Positions 17,656 to 27,620 of a stretch of DNA of 34,174 nt are shown here, in pieces. The stretch's first letter is position 1. Every line of letters starts with the position of its first letter. Below the pieces are notes generated by a model that searched no databases, was not told the origin of the DNA, and saw only the letters and a list, made by a program, of their open reading frames with translations. Origin of the DNA: a virus (lineage: Duplodnaviria; Caudoviricetes); the IMG/VR virus record IMGVR_UViG_3300017589_000286, positions 1 through 34,174 of that record. One strand, 5' to 3'. The translations under genes and the position numbers were made by a program.

Positions 17656-19312
17656 TCTTGACAGTCGAATACAGCGATACATCGATCAAGTTGAAAACGG
17701 TGAGATCCTTGTTTGTCGCGAACAATATCAACTAGTCGATCTTGTCAAAAGCGAATTCGCAAAAGGCGAGATCTTTACTGATTCGGAGCAGCTCACTAAA
17801 TACTTAGGATTAGCAAAATACTTTCCGTTCGATTCTTTATTTACCTGGGAAGAGTTCCTGATCGCGTTGCATCTGTGCACTTACTACAAAATTAACAAGC
17901 GGCCACGGTGGCCAGATTTATTCATGCTGATCGGGCGAGGAGCAGGTAAAGACGGCTACATAGCCATGGAGTCCTTTGCTTTAGCATCACCTTACAGCAA
18001 TATTAATTCGTATGATATAGACATCTGTGCAAACGTTGAAGAACAAGCAATGCGACCGGTTAATGATATCATTGGAGCATTGGAATCTGTAGAGCACGAA
18101 CAGAAGCTGCTGAAGCATTATCACCACACCAAAGAACTTGTCATCGGATTGGAAACCGGAGCAGTCATCAAAGGACGAACCAACAATCCTAGTGGCCGGG
18201 ACGGCATGAGATCAGGTATGGTGGTGTTCAATGAGATACACCAGTACCTGAACTATGCCAACATCAAAGTATTCAAAACTGGTCTTGGAAAAAAGAAACA
18301 TCCTAGGCAACTCTTTGCAACTACTAATGGTGATGTGAGAGATGGACCTCTGGATGATATGCTCAAGCAGTCGCTTGAAATACTTAACGGTGAAATACAT
18401 GACAATGGAATGCTGCCGTTTATCTGTCGGCTAAATCATAAAGATGATGCTCATGATGAAAAGAATTGGCAGATGGCAAATCCCTCGCTGCCATATTTGC
18501 CTGATCTCATGGAAACAATCAGAAAGGAATATCTAGACTGGGTACGAAACCCGGTAGCCAATTCTGATTTTATGACGAAGCGAATGAATCTACCCCAGAC
18601 CGATATTGAAATGGCTGTGACAAATTGGGAGAACATCGCTGCGACTAATAAACCTTTGCCAGATCTAACCGGGAGAAAATGTATTGCCGGATTAGACTAT
18701 GCTTCGATATCGGACTTTGCTTCAGTCAATCTACACTTTCTAATTGACGAACAACGGATTGATATTAATCATTCGTGGTTGTGTCTGAAATCTAGGGATC
18801 TATTCAGAATTAAAGCCCCATGGCGCGGATGGGCAGAGCGGGGACTTATTACTATTGTGGACGATGTTGAGATAAGGCCAAGTCTCATTGCAGATTACTT
18901 GCTTGAGCTTTGTCAAAAGTATCAGATCATCGAATTGGCGTTAGATAACTTTCGATATTTGTTGGTTGCAAGAGAACTGGAGCTCGCTGGTTTTAGTAAA
19001 GAACGAGATAACCTAGTGATTGTAAGACCGTCTGACATTATGAGAATTCACCCGGTAATCGAAAGTTGCTTTAATAACCAGCGGTATGTTTGGGATAATA
19101 ATCCGGTGCTTCGGTGGGCAGCGAACAATACGAAATCTGTGAAGGCTGCAAAGAAAACAGGGGTTGACACCGGTAATAATTACTATGCGAAGATAGAGCC
19201 GAAGAGCAGGAAAAATGATCCTTTCATGGCTTTGGTAGCAAGTCAAATCAACGAAGAAAAGCTAAGAGAACCCGAACAAGTATTTGATGATCTACCGGTC
19301 ATTGTTGGATAG
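17639..19312 (+). CDS. terL: Terminase large subunit
   Basis: GRGAGKDG Walker A, FNEIH Walker B, ANPS, GLDYASISD nuclease motif and KNDPFMA. Confidence 0.95.
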   Translation: MTTSYSLDSRIQRYIDQVENGEILVCREQYQLVDLVKSEFAKGEIFTDSEQLTKYLGLAKYFPFDSLFTWEEFLIALHLCTYYKINKRPRWPDLFMLIGRGAGKDGYIAMESFALASPYSNINSYDIDICANVEEQAMRPVNDIIGALESVEHEQKLLKHYHHTKELVIGLETGAVIKGRTNNPSGRDGMRSGMVVFNEIHQYLNYANIKVFKTGLGKKKHPRQLFATTNGDVRDGPLDDMLKQSLEILNGEIHDNGMLPFICRLNHKDDAHDEKNWQMANPSLPYLPDLMETIRKEYLDWVRNPVANSDFMTKRMNLPQTDIEMAVTNWENIAATNKPLPDLTGRKCIAGLDYASISDFASVNLHFLIDEQRIDINHSWLCLKSRDLFRIKAPWRGWAERGLITIVDDVEIRPSLIADYLLELCQKYQIIELALDNFRYLLVARELELAGFSKERDNLVIVRPSDIMRIHPVIESCFNNQRYVWDNNPVLRWAANNTKSVKAAKKTGVDTGNNYYAKIEPKSRKNDPFMALVASQINEEKLREPEQVFDDLPVIVG

Positions 19313-19333
19313 TTCACGAAAGGAGGTGATTGA

Positions 19334-20512
19334 TTGAATTTTTTTACTTGGTTAGCAACTGTTATAGGAGCAAGAGCTCAACCAGTATCGCTAAGTGATC
19401 CAAATCTACAAGCCTATGCCGAAGAGTATGCAGCAGCGGTTGAATTCCACATCAGAGAGTTAGCTTTCTGGTCGTGTATTGAGATTGTTTCTAATGCTGT
19501 GGCCAAATGTGAATTCAAGACTTATCAAAACGGTAAAGAAGCCAAACTAAAGGAATACTATTTGTGGAACATTGAGCCAAATCAAAATCAGAACAGCACA
19601 GTGTTTCTGAAGAAACTAATCTCAATGCTTTATCTGAGAAATGAAGCTCTGGTCATAGAACAAAACGGAAAACTATATGTCGCTGATAGTTACGATAAAA
19701 AAGAGTATGCCTTGTATGAGGACATATTTTCGAACGTAACGATCGGCGATTTTACATATAGTCGTTCGTTTTACCAGGGCGAAGTCTTGTATATGCAACG
19801 ATCTCTCAGAAATATGAAGCCTGTCATCGATGCACTTTACAGCAGTTATGGCAAGCTGATCAGCTACGGGATGTCAACTTATCAGCGATCAAGAGGAACT
19901 AAGGGCATCTTTAAGTACGAAACTCTTCCGCAAGCGAATTCGCCGGAAAAGCAATACTTTGACATTTTGATTAATGAAAAAATCTCAAAATGGCTTAACA
20001 GTGAATCAGCTGCACTGCCTCTCGGCAAAGGTCAAGACTGGAAAGAGTTGACTCAGAAAACCTACAGCAGTGAAAGCACACGTGATATTCGTGCCATGAT
20101 CGATGATATCTGTGAATTCACAGCTAGGGGCTTTGGCATACCACCGACACTTTTAACCGGGGTGGTGCAAGATACCAGTAAGGCGATTGATCAGCTTCTT
20201 ACTTTCTCAGTTGATCCTTTACTTGACATGATATCCGAAGAAATCAATCGGAAGAGAAATGGCTATGCCGGATTTGCTAATGGTAATTACCTGAAAATCG
20301 ATTCGAAGTCCATAAAACACATTGACTTGTTGAGTGTATCAACAGCAATCGACAAGCTCATTTCTAGTGGGGCATTCTGTATCAATGACATTCGTAAGCT
20401 TGTGGGTGAGGAACCCATTGATGAAGCATGGGCTAAAATGCACTACATCACAAAGAACTATGAACCGCTCACAAACCAAACTCTTCTCAATCCACCGGAA
20501 GGAGGTGAGTAA
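19334..20512 (+). CDS. Portal protein (HK97-like)
   Basis: LWNIEPN.NQNS, ARGFGIPP and INDIR..GEEPI; follows terL. Confidence 0.93.
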   Translation: MNFFTWLATVIGARAQPVSLSDPNLQAYAEEYAAAVEFHIRELAFWSCIEIVSNAVAKCEFKTYQNGKEAKLKEYYLWNIEPNQNQNSTVFLKKLISMLYLRNEALVIEQNGKLYVADSYDKKEYALYEDIFSNVTIGDFTYSRSFYQGEVLYMQRSLRNMKPVIDALYSSYGKLISYGMSTYQRSRGTKGIFKYETLPQANSPEKQYFDILINEKISKWLNSESAALPLGKGQDWKELTQKTYSSESTRDIRAMIDDICEFTARGFGIPPTLLTGVVQDTSKAIDQLLTFSVDPLLDMISEEINRKRNGYAGFANGNYLKIDSKSIKHIDLLSVSTAIDKLISSGAFCINDIRKLVGEEPIDEAWAKMHYITKNYEPLTNQTLLNPPEGGE

Positions 20513-21298
20513 TTGAAAAAAAGATGGGAATTCAAGCAATCGGCTGAAGGCAAATTAGAACTCTATCTCTATGGTTATATCGAGGGCGATTACTATGACT
20601 GGTGGAACGGCGAGACAATAAAAAGCGAAACATCAGCGAATTTTTTCAGAGAAGAGCTAGCAAAGTATCCGAATGTTAGCGAGATAGTTATGTATGTCAA
20701 TTCCAATGGCGGAGATGTTATGGAAGCCATGGCGATTCGAAACCAATTGAAACGACATCCTGCAAAGAAGACTGCTTATGTGGATGGCTTCGCTTGTTCG
20801 GCCGCTTCGTTCATCCTAACCGGTTGCGATAAAGTTATCATGTATAGCAACACGATGCAGATGCTGCATCACATGTGGACTTATGCTGTTGGTAATTATA
20901 AACAACTTCGTAAGGCATCTGAAGATCTCGAGCAGATCAGCATTGGAAACCGTAAAGCATACGCTGAGAAATCCGGAGGGAAGTTGACTGAAGACCAAGT
21001 TGAAGAGATCCTTGCTAATGAAACATGGTTGACAGCGCAGCAATGCTTGGAATATGGATTGGCTGATGAGATCGTATCGGAAGAGAAAGATCTTACGGAA
21101 GCCAAAAAGCTTGCTCAGCTGCACAACAAAACTCTTGAACAACAGATAAGCTATAACAAGGCTTTGGTTGCTCTTGCTAAAGAATCACTTCAAAAAAAGG
21201 AACCGGAAAAGGTACCAACTCCCGAACCGGTAAAGCCGGTAGAAAATAAACCAATGAAATTTTTGTCAGCTCTTATGAGCAGAAAGGGTGATAATTAA
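20513..21298 (+). CDS. ClpP-like head maturation protease
   Basis: VNSNGGDV, DGFACSAAS and ETWLTAQQCLEYGLAD. Confidence 0.95.
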   Translation: MKKRWEFKQSAEGKLELYLYGYIEGDYYDWWNGETIKSETSANFFREELAKYPNVSEIVMYVNSNGGDVMEAMAIRNQLKRHPAKKTAYVDGFACSAASFILTGCDKVIMYSNTMQMLHHMWTYAVGNYKQLRKASEDLEQISIGNRKAYAEKSGGKLTEDQVEEILANETWLTAQQCLEYGLADEIVSEEKDLTEAKKLAQLHNKTLEQQISYNKALVALAKESLQKKEPEKVPTPEPVKPVENKPMKFLSALMSRKGDN

Positions 21299-21299
21299 T

Positions 21300-22796
21300 A
21301 TGCCTATGAAAAACCTTGATACCTTAATGGCACAGAAAAATGCAATCCTCTCCAAACTCAATCAAGCAGTGAAAGACGGTGACGAAGCCGTTTTTGCTTC
21401 TGCATTCGCTGAGTTCACCGATCTTCTTCAAGAAGCCGTATTGGCTGAAGCCCGTGGTATGATCCAAGCAGCGGACAATACTGTTCTCGCTGGCCGTGGT
21501 ATCAGAGCTCTAACTAGTGAAGAAAACAAATTCTATCAAGCCTTCATCGAAGCGGCTAAATCAGCTAATCCCAAACAAGCTCTAACCGGAACCGATTATG
21601 TGTTGCCGAAGACTGTCATTGATGCTGTTATGCAGGATATGACAGAAGCACATCCTTTATTGGGTGCCATTGCTTTTGAGAATACTCTGGCCTTAACAGA
21701 GATTCTAATCAGTACCACCACTGGATCAGCGGTCTGGGGCGAGTTGACTGCTGCAATTGCCAGTGAGCTTGGAGCTTCGTTCAGTAAACTTGACCTCTCC
21801 AAGAAAAAGCTCTCCGCATTTATCCTTGTCGCTAAATCCATGTTGGATCTCGGGCCGGAATGGATCGATCGCTATGTAAGAGCCCTGTTGGTGGAAGCCA
21901 ATGCAGCAGGTTTGGAAGGCGCGGTAGTCGATGGTGACGGCGATGAAAAGCCCCTGGGCATGACTCGTGCTTTAACCGGTGCTGTTGATGGCGTTTATCC
22001 TAGAAAAACAGCGATCACTGTTACTGCTCTGGATCAAACCACCTTCGGGACTATTCTCAATACTTTGTCTCAAGGGCCTAACAGCAAACGGCGAGCCATT
22101 CAAAAGATCATCATGGTGGTCAACCCGGCCGACTATTTTACCAAGGTAATGCCTGCGACAACGGTCCGAGCAACCGACGGCAGCTTCACCAAAGATGTGT
22201 TCCCCTTCCCGACAGAGGTGTTTTCGTGTTCTGGCATGCCTCAAGGTTATGCTGCATTTGGCATCGGTAGCAGATACTTTGCCGGTCTCGGTACTTCCAA
22301 AGGTGGCAAAATCGAATTCTCCGATGAATACAAGTTCCTCGAAGATCAACGTGCTTACCTGATCAAACTTTATGGCGACGGTAAACCGCTAGATGCCAAT
22401 GCGTTTGTCTTGGCTGATATCTCTGGACTAGCTCCTTATGTTCAAAGAGTCTATGTGACCAACAGCGGCTTTGATGTTGATGCGACCATCTTTGATCAAC
22501 CGGTGCTGGTTAATACCAACGATGCTCGGTTAGTTAGCTTGGCGATCGGTAACAAGGCTCTAACCCCGACCTTCAATAAGTCAGTCTTCGTCTATACCTG
22601 TGCTACCACTGATGCAACCAATACCATCACTGCTTTGGCCAAAGACGGTGAGGCAACCATTGCAATCCTCAACGGTGTGACCGCTGTAGCTAATGGCGCA
22701 GCTGCAACCTGGGCTGAGGGAGCCAACGTGCTAACTGTTACAGTTACAATCGGTGGAGAATCCGAGACCTATACCGTCACTGTCACTAAGTCTTAG
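21300..22796 (+). CDS. HK97-type major capsid protein with C-terminal cadherin/Ig-like beta-sandwich
   Basis: Delta-domain coil, HPLL and GDGDEKPLG; last ~90 aa DARLVSLAIG..LTPTF..GANVLTVTV..TYTVTVTK. Confidence 0.93.
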   Translation: MPMKNLDTLMAQKNAILSKLNQAVKDGDEAVFASAFAEFTDLLQEAVLAEARGMIQAADNTVLAGRGIRALTSEENKFYQAFIEAAKSANPKQALTGTDYVLPKTVIDAVMQDMTEAHPLLGAIAFENTLALTEILISTTTGSAVWGELTAAIASELGASFSKLDLSKKKLSAFILVAKSMLDLGPEWIDRYVRALLVEANAAGLEGAVVDGDGDEKPLGMTRALTGAVDGVYPRKTAITVTALDQTTFGTILNTLSQGPNSKRRAIQKIIMVVNPADYFTKVMPATTVRATDGSFTKDVFPFPTEVFSCSGMPQGYAAFGIGSRYFAGLGTSKGGKIEFSDEYKFLEDQRAYLIKLYGDGKPLDANAFVLADISGLAPYVQRVYVTNSGFDVDATIFDQPVLVNTNDARLVSLAIGNKALTPTFNKSVFVYTCATTDATNTITALAKDGEATIAILNGVTAVANGAAATWAEGANVLTVTVTIGGESETYTVTVTKS

Positions 22797-22814
22797 TAGG
22801 ACGGTGAATGACGG

Positions 22815-23129
22815 ATGGCAGAGCCCTTACTTCTGTTAGATGCCGTCCGGAATTATCTTGATATTACGTGGCCGGATGCTGCCGGGGATGAAAAGCTCCT
22901 CGGCATCATCGCCCGCGGAATGAGATATTTAGACGGTGTCGCTGGCGTTATTCTCAACTACGAAAGCGAGGACAAACCTCGTGAACTACTTTTCGAGTAC
23001 TGCCGGTATGTTCGGTCCAATGCCTTGGAAGAATTCCAAAATGCTTTCCTCGCTGAGCTACTAACGCTACAGATGAACGAGGAGGTGAAAGCCTATGCCG
23101 CTGCTCAAGAAGAAAATCCAGAACTTTAA
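22815..23129 (+). CDS. Head-tail connector (gp6-like)
   Basis: LDAVRNYLDITW.D..DEKL; position after MCP. Confidence 0.85.
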   Translation: MAEPLLLLDAVRNYLDITWPDAAGDEKLLGIIARGMRYLDGVAGVILNYESEDKPRELLFEYCRYVRSNALEEFQNAFLAELLTLQMNEEVKAYAAAQEENPEL

Positions 23130-23451
23130 TGATGGTATAGTCAAAATCTATTCGGTAACAGATTCGACAACAACGGTTTCAATGCCGGTGGAGAAGTTAA
23201 CCTTGAAAAAAGAGCTTCGCTTTGAGTCGCGTTATGTTGGCTTCAAACGGTATTATGCAGCCAAGCAGGCTAATGTAGAGGTCTCAAAGATCATTCGAAT
23301 TCAACGACAACCTAATGTTGATCCTCAGGATGTAGCAATATTGACCGATGGAAAGCAGTATCGCATTGAGCAGATTCAAAACGTTCCGGATGTTGAACCT
23401 CCAAGCGATGACCTAACGTTAACACTGATTACCAGTCCATACACGATTTAG
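23095..23451 (+). CDS. Head closure / head-tail adaptor
   Basis: FNDGIVKIY..YRIEQIQ beta-rich; position. Confidence 0.75.
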   Translation: MPLLKKKIQNFNDGIVKIYSVTDSTTTVSMPVEKLTLKKELRFESRYVGFKRYYAAKQANVEVSKIIRIQRQPNVDPQDVAILTDGKQYRIEQIQNVPDVEPPSDDLTLTLITSPYTI

Positions 23452-23461
23452 GAGGTGGCCA

Positions 23462-23800
23462 ATGCTAAATAACATTATTGCGGTCATGCAAGCAATTGAG
23501 ACTGCCATCGGACTGAGAGCTGCTCATTATGAAGCTCATAAAAAGTCAGATCGCTATATAGTATGGGCTGAAGATGGCGAAGGTGAATCGCTGGATGCTG
23601 ACAATCACAAAGAGATCCAAACGATTACCGGGACAATTGACTTCTTTAGCAAAACCGAAAACGATGTAGCTATAGCTCAAATCCGGACCGTGCTAAATAG
23701 TTTTGATGGTGTTGCCTGGTCTCTAAATTCTGTGCAATACGAAGACGATACCGGCTACATTCATCACGAATGGCTATGGCAGGTGATTGCGAGTGGCTAG
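23462..23800 (+). CDS. Tail terminator/completion-like protein
   Basis: YIVWAE..ADN..IDFFSK..YEDDTGYIH motif. Confidence 0.7.
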   Translation: MLNNIIAVMQAIETAIGLRAAHYEAHKKSDRYIVWAEDGEGESLDADNHKEIQTITGTIDFFSKTENDVAIAQIRTVLNSFDGVAWSLNSVQYEDDTGYIHHEWLWQVIASG

Positions 23801-24284
23801 TGCTAAGATTCTACTCAACGATGAGTTCACTCTGAAGCTAAAAAATCTTGGCAAAGAGCTTGAGAAGGTAGCTAAGAAAGCTGTTTATGCCGGAGCTGAA
23901 ATCATTGCTGATCAGGTAAAACAAAACCTTGTTGCATTGCCAGAAGAGGAATTTCGGAGGTTGAAAAAGGACGAACAATTTAAGGGCGTTCCGGTTCAAC
24001 AAAAAAACGATCTCATTGAGAGTTTCGGCATCACAAAAATGGGCTATGACAAATATGGAGTTATGCATGTGAAGTTTGGCTTTGACGGCTACGGAAAACA
24101 CAAGTCGAAGAAATACCCAAAGGGTCTTCCGAATGATCTTCTGGCTCGCTCAATAGAATCCGGATCAAGTGTCCGTGCAAAGTCTCCTTTCTTCCGTAAA
24201 GCGGTCGCTGCCAAAAAGGCAGAAGCTCAACGAAAAATGGAAGAGATTATCCACGAAGAACTTAATAAAATCACGAAAGGGTGA
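23793..24284 (+). CDS. HK97 gp10-like neck/tail protein
   Basis: KKAVYAGAEII..IESGSS..PFFRKAV. Confidence 0.8.
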   Translation: MASAKILLNDEFTLKLKNLGKELEKVAKKAVYAGAEIIADQVKQNLVALPEEEFRRLKKDEQFKGVPVQQKNDLIESFGITKMGYDKYGVMHVKFGFDGYGKHKSKKYPKGLPNDLLARSIESGSSVRAKSPFFRKAVAAKKAEAQRKMEEIIHEELNKITKG

Positions 24285-24288
24285 TAAA

Positions 24289-25167
24289 ATGCCACGAATT
24301 GGATTAGACAGTATTTTTATGTCAGAGATCACTGAGGACAGCCTTGGTAATGAGACCTACGGAACACCCGTGTTTTTAGCTAAAGCCATCTCAGCGAATG
24401 TCACAATTAACGACAAAGAAGCAATGTTGTGGACGGATGACATTCTCGATGAATATCATCGTGAGTTTAGTGACGGAGCGATTGATATGAACGTCAAAGA
24501 GATTTCGTCTGTAAATCAGGGGAAATTGCTTGGTGCAGTCATTGACTCGAACGGAGTTGTGGTTGATATCGGTGATTCTTCCCCACCTCCGGTTGCTATC
24601 GGATTTAGAGCTCTCAGGAGCGACAAGAGTTATGAATTCACCTGGCTTTACCGGGTGCAGTTTGGTGTTCCTGCAGAAAACAATCAAACCAAGGGAGATG
24701 CTGTTGCGTTTCAAACCCCGACTATCCAGGGTAAAATCATGCGCCGGCATAAATTGGATGGACTTGGTAAACGGCCTTGGCGCGCTCACGTAAACGGATC
24801 TGACAGCAATGTTCCTTCTACAGTTAAGACAAATTGGTTCCAGAGCGTTTATGAACCGGATTACACCACATCGCCGGTAATCACTCTGGCTGCTCAACCT
24901 GCAGTATTAACAAATGTTACTGAGGGAGCAATCAGTGGAACTATTGGAGTGACCGCATCGGCAACCGGGGGGACCTTGACCTATCAATGGTATTCTAATA
25001 TCGTTAATAGCAATGTTGGTGGTACGGCAATCATAGGTGCAACTACGGCATCGCTAACTATACCTACTACGTTGGTTGAAGGAACTTACTACTACTACTG
25101 CGTTCTGAAGGCTAGTGTTCAACAGATTGCAAGCAACGTGGCAGCTGTAGTTGTGGCAGGTGCTTAG
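24289..25167 (+). CDS. Major tail tube protein (phi13-like) with C-terminal Ig-like domain
   Basis: IGLD..YGTP..AIS, AIGFR..WLYRVQF.P..TKGD..FQTPTI.G; C-terminal LTYQWY..GAT...L..GTYYYYC. Confidence 0.92.
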   Translation: MPRIGLDSIFMSEITEDSLGNETYGTPVFLAKAISANVTINDKEAMLWTDDILDEYHREFSDGAIDMNVKEISSVNQGKLLGAVIDSNGVVVDIGDSSPPPVAIGFRALRSDKSYEFTWLYRVQFGVPAENNQTKGDAVAFQTPTIQGKIMRRHKLDGLGKRPWRAHVNGSDSNVPSTVKTNWFQSVYEPDYTTSPVITLAAQPAVLTNVTEGAISGTIGVTASATGGTLTYQWYSNIVNSNVGGTAIIGATTASLTIPTTLVEGTYYYYCVLKASVQQIASNVAAVVVAGA

Positions 25168-25542
25168 ATGTATTGGGAACCTGAACGATCTGCAACGATC
25201 AAAATTGGTAAGGATGAGTATCCGATTCTTTTAACTCTGCGAGCCACTAAGGAAATTGCGAAGAAATACGGCGGGCTGAATGAGCTTGCAGAGATCGTGT
25301 TTTCGGATCAATGGGAAGCAGCTATTGATGATATGCTCTGGCTCATTGCTTTGCTAGCAAATCAGTGTATTGCCATCAGAAATCTGTATGAAAAATCTCA
25401 TGATCCAATGCTGAAGCCTGAGGATATGGAGCAACTAATCAGCCCGTTCGATATCCCGACCTATAGTTTGGCCATCATGCAATGCCTTCAAGCCGGCTCA
25501 AAAAGGCATGTAGAAAGCGAAGAAACCGACTCAAAAAACTAA
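25168..25542 (+). CDS. Tail assembly chaperone (gpG-like)
   Basis: Between tube and tape measure; ends in slippery A AAA AAC TAA. Confidence 0.85.
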   Translation: MYWEPERSATIKIGKDEYPILLTLRATKEIAKKYGGLNELAEIVFSDQWEAAIDDMLWLIALLANQCIAIRNLYEKSHDPMLKPEDMEQLISPFDIPTYSLAIMQCLQAGSKRHVESEETDSKN

Positions 25543-25742
25543 CCAGCCGGGTAAGCGATGATGAATCGTTTGCCCGGCTTATTTATATAGCAACAGCATG
25601 CTTGCATAGAAATGAGCCGGAAGCATGGTTAATGCCGATTGGTCATCTGTTGGATCAGCGAGAGATCTATTGGCAATCAAACGGTATGGCCAAACCTAAA
25701 CGGGAATATTTTATTGACGATGTATTACCAGATTATTTGTAA
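25533..25742 (+). CDS. -1 frameshift extension (gpGT-like) of the tail chaperone
   Basis: AAAAAAC 25533-25539; 15-bp hairpin 25545-25579; open -1 frame with EAWLMPIG.LLD motif. Confidence 0.85.
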   Translation, partial: KKLTSRVSDDESFARLIYIATACLHRNEPEAWLMPIGHLLDQREIYWQSNGMAKPKREYFIDDVLPDYL

Positions 25743-25754
25743 GGAGGTGAGACG

Positions 25755-27620
25755 ATGGCAGATAAAGTCGGTTTAAAAGTTGGAATTGAGGGTGAGAAAG
25801 AGTTTAGAAACTCGATTAAGGACATTGAAACTTCTTATAAACTGTTAGGATCTGAGCTGAAACTTGCTCAATCTCAATTCGATAAAAACGATAAATCAAT
25901 CGAATCCCTCAAAACGCGAAATGAATTTTTAAACAAAGAGCTCGATATCCAAGCTCAGAAGGTCGGTGTCCTAGAGCAAGCTGTTAAAAATGCAGCTGAA
26001 ACTTACGGTGAAGCCGATGCTAGAACCATGAAATGGGCAACACAGCTTAACGAAGCGAAGCTGGCATTAAGTGAAACCGAAAAAGAACTATCCAGCAATA
26101 GCAAAGAAATGGAACGGGTCGGCAGAGAAACCGATGGCTCTAATACTTTGATGGGGAAGTTCAAAGAAGGTCTTAGCCAAGTCAAAGAAATGGCCAAACA
26201 AGTATCGCCAACACTAGCTGCTATTGGCGATGGCATGAAGAAAGTTGGCAGTGCTTTAGTTGGTGCAGCTACAGCTATCGGCGCCGCAGCAGTTGCTACC
26301 GGCAAGGCTGTTTGGGATATGACTCAACAAACAGCAGCACATGGTGACGAAGTCGATAAGATGAGCCAAAAGCTTGGTATGTCCAAGGAAGCCTACCAAG
26401 AATGGAATTATGCGCTTGCTCAAAGTGGAGTTGACATTAAAGGCATGCAAGAAGGTATGAAAACCCTAGGGCAAGCTACATATGATGCAGGTCGCGGTGT
26501 CCAATCTGCAAAAGACAAATTCGCGGCTCTTGGTATTACCATGGATGACTTGGAGGGCAAAAGCCGAGAAGACATATTTAAAATGACAATCAAGGCTCTG
26601 CAGGGTGTTAGCGACGAAACTCAAAAAGCAGCCATAGCGAATTCTCTTCTTGGCGGTTCTGGAGTGGCCTTAACTCCCTTGCTTAATACCTCGGCCGAAG
26701 CCACACAAGCATTGCTTGATCGTGCTCATGAGTTAGGTTTTGTCATGTCAGACGAAGCCGTGAATGGAGCCGTGGTTTTCGGAGACTCCATGGATGATCT
26801 CGGCAAAGCGTTTCAGGGTGTCAAGACAAACATTGTGGGTGATCTGCTTCCTGGATTCAGCATGGTCATCCAGGGCCTTACTGATTTGCTCTTAGGCAAT
26901 GAGAATGCGAAGGAGAAAATTAAAGCAGGGGTTGTGGAAACCGTTCAAACAATCAAAGACGTTTTACCCCAAATCAAAGACACACTCCTGATGATCATCG
27001 ACATCGCTGCAGAAGTGATACCGGATATTATCCAGGCTATCATTGAATTCATCACAGAGAACTTGCCTGAAATTGTGCAGATGGGTGTTGAATTGGCACT
27101 AAAGCTGATTACTGGGATTGTTTCGGCCATACCGGAGATTATCAGGCAATTACCGGCAATCATCTCCGCAATTGTCACGGCTCTGAGAAACGCACTGCCA
27201 CAATTTGCTGATATTGGCCGAGAAATTGTGAAAGGTCTTTGGGAGGGCATAAAGGGTCTTGGTAATTGGTTAGGTGACCAGGTCAAAGGATTCTTCGGCA
27301 ACGTTGTAGGCGGGATCAAGAACTTACTTGGTATCAGATCTCCCTCGAAAGTTTTCGCTGATATCGGTGAAAACATGGCTGCCGGTATTGGTGTAGGCTT
27401 CGGCGCCGAGATGAAAAAGGTCAAAGATGATATCAAAGTGGATGTGAATTTTCCGGATCCAAATCCGAGACCAGCTGCAGGAGGGGGTGGGTTCGGTGGT
27501 CAAACCATCATTATAAACAATCCAATAACTCTTGATGGCGAAGTGATTACTCGTTCAACCTCTAGACACCAAGCCAACAATAATCGCGGACAAGCTAGGG
27601 CTTTGGGGGTGGCTGTATGA
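25755..27620 (+). CDS. Tape measure protein (621 aa)
   Basis: GLKVGIEGEKEF N-terminus, long amphipathic helices and LGIRSPSKVF C-terminal motif. Confidence 0.93.
   Translation: MADKVGLKVGIEGEKEFRNSIKDIETSYKLLGSELKLAQSQFDKNDKSIESLKTRNEFLNKELDIQAQKVGVLEQAVKNAAETYGEADARTMKWATQLNEAKLALSETEKELSSNSKEMERVGRETDGSNTLMGKFKEGLSQVKEMAKQVSPTLAAIGDGMKKVGSALVGAATAIGAAAVATGKAVWDMTQQTAAHGDEVDKMSQKLGMSKEAYQEWNYALAQSGVDIKGMQEGMKTLGQATYDAGRGVQSAKDKFAALGITMDDLEGKSREDIFKMTIKALQGVSDETQKAAIANSLLGGSGVALTPLLNTSAEATQALLDRAHELGFVMSDEAVNGAVVFGDSMDDLGKAFQGVKTNIVGDLLPGFSMVIQGLTDLLLGNENAKEKIKAGVVETVQTIKDVLPQIKDTLLMIIDIAAEVIPDIIQAIIEFITENLPEIVQMGVELALKLITGIVSAIPEIIRQLPAIISAIVTALRNALPQFADIGREIVKGLWEGIKGLGNWLGDQVKGFFGNVVGGIKNLLGIRSPSKVFADIGENMAAGIGVGFGAEMKKVKDDIKVDVNFPDPNPRPAAGGGGFGGQTIIINNPITLDGEVITRSTSRHQANNNRGQARALGVAV

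Noticed and set aside
26945-27436. Long antisense ORFs in TMP, capsid, tube and primase genes (e.g. 26945-27436, 24391-24897, 21972-22349)
   Set aside because: Antisense shadows of well-supported genes; no SDs or motifs
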